The notes under the pieces are model-generated. The model saw only the letters and a program-made list of their open reading frames with translations, did not search any database and was not told where the DNA came from. Shown in pieces: positions 60,112-64,000 of a DNA stretch of 64,000 bases. Each line of letters opens with the position of its first letter. Positions within the stretch are counted from its first letter, which is position 1. Source of the stretch: an uncultured Chloroflexia bacterium (GTDB lineage: Bacteria; Chloroflexota; Limnocylindria; Limnocylindrales; CSP1-4); assembly GCA_963833225.1 (NCBI GenBank), contig CAWHXD010000019.1:640001-704000 (forward strand), written 5' to 3'. Made by a program: the position numbers and the translations under genes.

Positions 60112-61380
60112 TCAGCCCCCGATGTGCGTTCGGCCGATCATCCCCGCGGCGACCGTCTTGTTGCTCGCCTCGTCCACCAGGATGAACGAGCCGGTCTGGC
60201 GGTTCTGCAGGTAGGGGTCCACGAACAGCGGCTGGGTGACGCGCAGCTGCACCCGCCCGATCTCGTTGAGCGCGAGCTCGGTCGCGGCCTCGTCGCGGTG
60301 GAGCGTGTTGACGTCGATCTTGTAGCTGAGCTCCCGGACCATCGCGCGGGCCCAGCGGGTCGTGTGCTTGATCCCGTACTTGCGCCCGGGCACCAGGGTC
60401 GCGCTCTCGTCCATCCAGCACACCTGGGCATCGATGTCCTGGGACACGATCGGCATGTTGTGGGGCCGGCAGATCATGTCGCCTCGCGAGATGTCGATCT
60501 CGTCGGTGAGGACGACCGTGACCGCCATCGGCGGGTAGGCCTCCGCCACCGGACCGTCGGCGGTGTCGATGGACGCGATCGTGGACTCGAGTCCGGACGG
60601 CAGGGCGACCACCTGGTCACCGGGCTTGAGGACGCCGGATGCGACCGTCCCCGCGTAGCCCCGGTAGTCGAGGACCTCGAGGCTCTGCGGCCGGACCACG
60701 TACTGGACCGGGAACCGCACATCCACGAAGTTGCGGTCCGACGCGACGTGCAGCCGCTCGAGGTGCGAGAGGAGCGGGGACCCGTCATACCAGGGCATCC
60801 TCGGGGACCGGGTCACCACGTTGTCGCCGACCAGGGCCGACACCGGGATGAAGGTCATGTCGCGGACCCGGAGACGGGTCGCGAACTCGCCGAACTCGTC
60901 CCGGATCGCCTCGAAGGTCCGCTCCGAGTAGTCCACGAGATCCATCTTGTTGACGCACACCACCACGTGGGGCACGCCCAGCAGCGTGGCCAGGAACGCG
61001 TGCCGGCGGCTCTGCTCGGTGATGCCCTTGCGGGCATCGAGCAGGATCAGCGCCACGTCGGCCGTGGAAGCCCCGGTGACCATGTTCCGGGTGTACTGCA
61101 CATGGCCGGGGGTGTCCGCGATGATGAACTTGCGGCGCGGGGTCGCGAAGTAGCGGTAGGCGACGTCGATGGTGATGCCCTGCTCCCGCTCGGCGCGCAG
61201 GCCATCGGTGAGCAGCGCGAGGTCCGTGTAGTCGTTGCCGCGATCGCGCGAGACGCGCTCGACCGCGTCCAGCTGGTCGGAGAACAGCGACTTGCTGTCG
61301 TACAGCAGACGACCGATCAACGTGCTCTTTCCGTCGTCGACGGATCCGGCGGTCGCGAACCGGAGGAGGTCCATCGGCAT
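60112..61380 (-). CDS. cysN: Sulfate adenylyltransferase subunit 1
   Basis: GSVDDGKST, AEREQGITIDVAYRYF, DTPGH, NKMD; no C-terminal APS kinase. Confidence 0.96.
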   Translation of the reverse strand: MPMDLLRFATAGSVDDGKSTLIGRLLYDSKSLFSDQLDAVERVSRDRGNDYTDLALLTDGLRAEREQGITIDVAYRYFATPRRKFIIADTPGHVQYTRNMVTGASTADVALILLDARKGITEQSRRHAFLATLLGVPHVVVCVNKMDLVDYSERTFEAIRDEFGEFATRLRVRDMTFIPVSALVGDNVVTRSPRMPWYDGSPLLSHLERLHVASDRNFVDVRFPVQYVVRPQSLEVLDYRGYAGTVASGVLKPGDQVVALPSGLESTIASIDTADGPVAEAYPPMAVTVVLTDEIDISRGDMICRPHNMPIVSQDIDAQVCWMDESATLVPGRKYGIKHTTRWARAMVRELSYKIDVNTLHRDEAATELALNEIGRVQLRVTQPLFVDPYLQNRQTGSFILVDEASNKTVAAGMIGRTHIGG

Positions 61381-62282
61381 CAGAAGTAGCCTTCCTTCTT
61401 GCGGTCTTCCATGCTGGTCTCGCTGGTCTTGTCGTCGCCGCGGGTCGCGCCCCGCTCGGTGATCCGCACGGCGGCGATCTCGTCGATGATCCGCTCGACG
61501 GTGTCGGCGTGCGACTCCACCGCCGCGGTCAGGTTGGCGTCGCCGACCGTCCGGTAGCGGCACAGGACGCGCCGGGAGACATCGCCGTCGCGGACGGGTG
61601 TGAACTCGTTCACCGCGTACAGCATCCCGCCCCGCTCCACGACCTCGCGCTCCTTGGCGAGGTACAGCTCCGGGATCTCGATCCGCTCCGCCCCGATGTA
61701 GGTCCAGATGTCGAGCTCGGTCCAGTTCGAGAGCGGGAACACGCGGATGCTCTGGCCCAGGTGGACCCTGCCGTTGTACAGGCTCCAGATCTCGGGCCGC
61801 TGGTTCTTGGGATCCCACTGGCCGAACTCGTCGCGGAACGAGAACACGCGCTCCTTGGCGCGGGCCTTCTCCTCGTCGCGCCGGGCGCCACCGAACAGCG
61901 CGTCAAACCGGTGCTTCTCCGCCGTCTCGAGCAGGACCGGCGTCTGGATCCGGTTTCGCGAGCCGTTTGGCTCCTCGCGGACCACGCCGCGAGCGATGGC
62001 GTCGGGCACGGACGCGACGACGAGCTTGAGGCCCAGCTTCTCGATCCAGCGATCCCGGTAGGCGAGGATCTCGGGGAAGTTGAGGCCCGTGTCCACGTGC
62101 ATCACCGGGAACGGGATCCGCGCCGGCGCGAACGCCTTGCGGGCGACGTGGAGCATCACGATCGAGTCCTTGCCACCCGAGAACAGGAGACACGGGCGCT
62201 GCATCTCGGCCGCGACCTCGCGGAAGATGTGGATGCTCTCGGCCTCCAGGGAACGGAGCTGGCTGAGGGAATGCGTGGTCAC
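61380..62282 (-). CDS. cysD: Sulfate adenylyltransferase subunit 2
   Basis: SGGKDS, GGARRDEEKARAKER, WDPKNQRPE, MEDRKKEGYF. Confidence 0.96.
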   Translation of the reverse strand: MTTHSLSQLRSLEAESIHIFREVAAEMQRPCLLFSGGKDSIVMLHVARKAFAPARIPFPVMHVDTGLNFPEILAYRDRWIEKLGLKLVVASVPDAIARGVVREEPNGSRNRIQTPVLLETAEKHRFDALFGGARRDEEKARAKERVFSFRDEFGQWDPKNQRPEIWSLYNGRVHLGQSIRVFPLSNWTELDIWTYIGAERIEIPELYLAKEREVVERGGMLYAVNEFTPVRDGDVSRRVLCRYRTVGDANLTAAVESHADTVERIIDEIAAVRITERGATRGDDKTSETSMEDRKKEGYF

Positions 62283-63145
62283 TCGGGTGCTCCTGGGGCG
62301 TCGTCCGGCCCGGCCTCCGCCAGCAGGCGGCGCACGTGGGCGACGAGCGCCGCATGGCAGACCAGCAGGTCCGGAGACCACGGGTCCGGCTTGTTGTACA
62401 CGATGGGGGAGCCGTCGAGGCGGGTGGCGACGAGCCCCGCGGCATGCGCCACGGCGACGGGTGCGGCGGAATCCCACTCGTATTGTCCGCCGGCGTGGAT
62501 GTAGGCATCCACCGCGCCCTCGACCACGGCGATCACCTTGACGCCGTTGGAACCCATGGGCACCAGCTCCACGTCGTCGCGGACGGCGAGCCTCCCGACG
62601 ACGGCGGGCGGACGGGTCCGTGACGCCGCGATGCGCACGGGGCGGTCGCCGGCCAGGACAGCACGAGCGGCGTCAGCGGTGGCCGGTGGCACGGACCCGC
62701 TGTGGAAGACCTGGCCACGTCCGGGGAGCGCCACGGCACCGGCGACCAGCCCGCGTTCGCGGTCCCAGAGCGCGACGTGGACCGCGAAGTCGGTCCGCCG
62801 GCTGCCGTCCGGGTCGATCTCGGCGAACTCCCGGGTCCCATCGAGGGGGTCGATGATCCAGACCCGCGCCGCCGCGAGGCGCGCAGGATCCTGCTCGGCT
62901 TCCTCCGACAGGATGGGATCGGCGGGCCGATGCTCGGCGAGGGCCGCGGCGAGCCAGGCCTGGGCTGCCGCATCTCCCGCGGCCCCGAGCGCCCGGCCGT
63001 CGAGGGGCAGGTCGCCTGTCCCGGCGCGCGCGCGGAGCGCCACCAGCACCCGGCCGGCGCCCTCCGCGAGGGCAGCAGCGAGGCGGACGTCGTCGCTGAG
63101 GTCGGCCGCCCGTGTCCCGGGGGCGCCCACGCGCTCGCTCGTCAC
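62279..63145 (-). CDS. cysQ: 3'(2'),5'-bisphosphate nucleotidase
   Basis: LSEE, WIIDPLDGTREF, GGQYEWDSAAP. Confidence 0.9.
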   Translation of the reverse strand: MTSERVGAPGTRAADLSDDVRLAAALAEGAGRVLVALRARAGTGDLPLDGRALGAAGDAAAQAWLAAALAEHRPADPILSEEAEQDPARLAAARVWIIDPLDGTREFAEIDPDGSRRTDFAVHVALWDRERGLVAGAVALPGRGQVFHSGSVPPATADAARAVLAGDRPVRIAASRTRPPAVVGRLAVRDDVELVPMGSNGVKVIAVVEGAVDAYIHAGGQYEWDSAAPVAVAHAAGLVATRLDGSPIVYNKPDPWSPDLLVCHAALVAHVRRLLAEAGPDDAPGAPE

Positions 63146-63298
63146 CAAGGCCTGCCTGCCGTCATCCGCCCGCACGCTCCTCTGTCATCCGCATCCGCGT
63201 CCGCGATCGACCGTCGTGGGTCCCGCGTAGCCGGAGCGAAGTTATCATCCACGCATGTCCTGCACCTTCCGGGCCCGGCAGCGCGATCGCCCGCGCTG

Positions 63299-64000
63299 AT
63301 GACCTTCGACCTGCCGCTGGCGATCGCAGGGCTGCTGGTGGGGATCCTCGTGGGCCTCACCGGGATGGGCGGGGGTGCCGTGATGACACCGATGCTGGTG
63401 TTCCTGTTCGGCGTCGATCCGCTGACCGCGATCTCGTCCGACATCGTCGTCAGCCTGTTGATGCGGCCGATCGGGGCGCTCGTGCACCTGCGGCGGGGGA
63501 CCGTCAACCTGCAGCTCGTCGGCTGGCTCTGCGTCGGCTCCGTCCCGGCGGCGTTCTCGGCCGCGTGGCTGATCAGCCTCGTCCCGCCGGACGTGGACAT
63601 CGACGTGTTGCTCCAGCGAGGGCTGGGCATCGCGCTGCTGGTCGCGACCGTGGGCCTCATCACCCGGGCCCTGATCCAGATGTGGAGCCGCCAGCTGCCC
63701 CTCGGCGAGGGCGTGGCGAGACACCCGCGGCGCCCGGCAGTCATGCCCAAGCCGGTTCCGACCATCCTGCTCGGTGCTGCGGCCGGGTTCATGGTCGGCC
63801 TCACCTCCGTGGGGGCCGGGTCGATCGTGGTCGTCGGGTTGCTGCTGATGCACCCGGGCCTGCAGGCGTCCGCCCTGGTAGGGACCGACCTCGTCCAGGC
63901 GATCCCGATGGTGGGATCAGCGGCGGCGGGCCACCTCGTGTTCGGCGATTTCTCGTTCGGCGTCGCCGGATCGCTCCTGGTCGGCGCCATCCCGGGCACC
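63299..64000 (+). CDS. Sulfite exporter TauE/SafE family (runs off the window end)
   Basis: Absent from the ORF track. My reading gives MTFDLPLAIAGLLVGILVGLTGMGGGAVMTP...GLTSVGAGS...LVGTDL. Confidence 0.9.
   Translation, partial: MTFDLPLAIAGLLVGILVGLTGMGGGAVMTPMLVFLFGVDPLTAISSDIVVSLLMRPIGALVHLRRGTVNLQLVGWLCVGSVPAAFSAAWLISLVPPDVDIDVLLQRGLGIALLVATVGLITRALIQMWSRQLPLGEGVARHPRRPAVMPKPVPTILLGAAAGFMVGLTSVGAGSIVVVGLLLMHPGLQASALVGTDLVQAIPMVGSAAAGHLVFGDFSFGVAGSLLVGAIPGT

Noticed and set aside
63142-63165. 7-codon ORF MTAGRPW overlapping the cysQ start
   Set aside because: Too short, has no Cys, and is expected by chance. The cysQ start itself is ambiguous (63145 or 63175).

Overview
A very GC-rich, gene-dense bacterial chromosomal segment with about 65 CDSs. 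I saw no rRNA, tRNA, CRISPR array or mobile element. Gene content and frequent [16 protein letters not shown] suggest a monoderm soil or sediment bacterium such as Chloroflexota or Actinomycetota (inference). In order, the window holds: a truncated SARP/BTAD-STAND NTPase; glgA; a 4-gene ABC exporter; an orphan TadA/CpaF ATPase fused to a Rid-family domain; a DUF4395 gene behind a leaderless Cys-containing leader peptide with alternative hairpins; a Nur-regulated NikMNQO-type ECF transporter; fabI-crcB; a P5C-dehydrogenase-like ALDH with an omega-aminotransferase and CoA-transferases; a DosS/DosR-like two-component system. That system sits within a probable hypoxia regulon: USP, two-domain multicopper oxidase, arginine-synthetase-like NTPase, group 3b [NiFe]-hydrogenase with fused beta-gamma subunit, CBS protein, 2-oxoacid:ferredoxin oxidoreductase and two release-factor-like small proteins. 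The window also has a choline/betaine operon, an ArsR-DsrE-TusA-DsrE-TusA-SQR sulfur relay, MarR-RND, cysQ-cysD-cysN and tauE. Several single-base frameshifts are probably assembly errors. The most novel candidates are the TadA-Rid fusion and the set of leaderless Cys-containing micro-ORFs in front of sulfur-linked genes. All family calls come from motif recognition by eye; no database searches were run.
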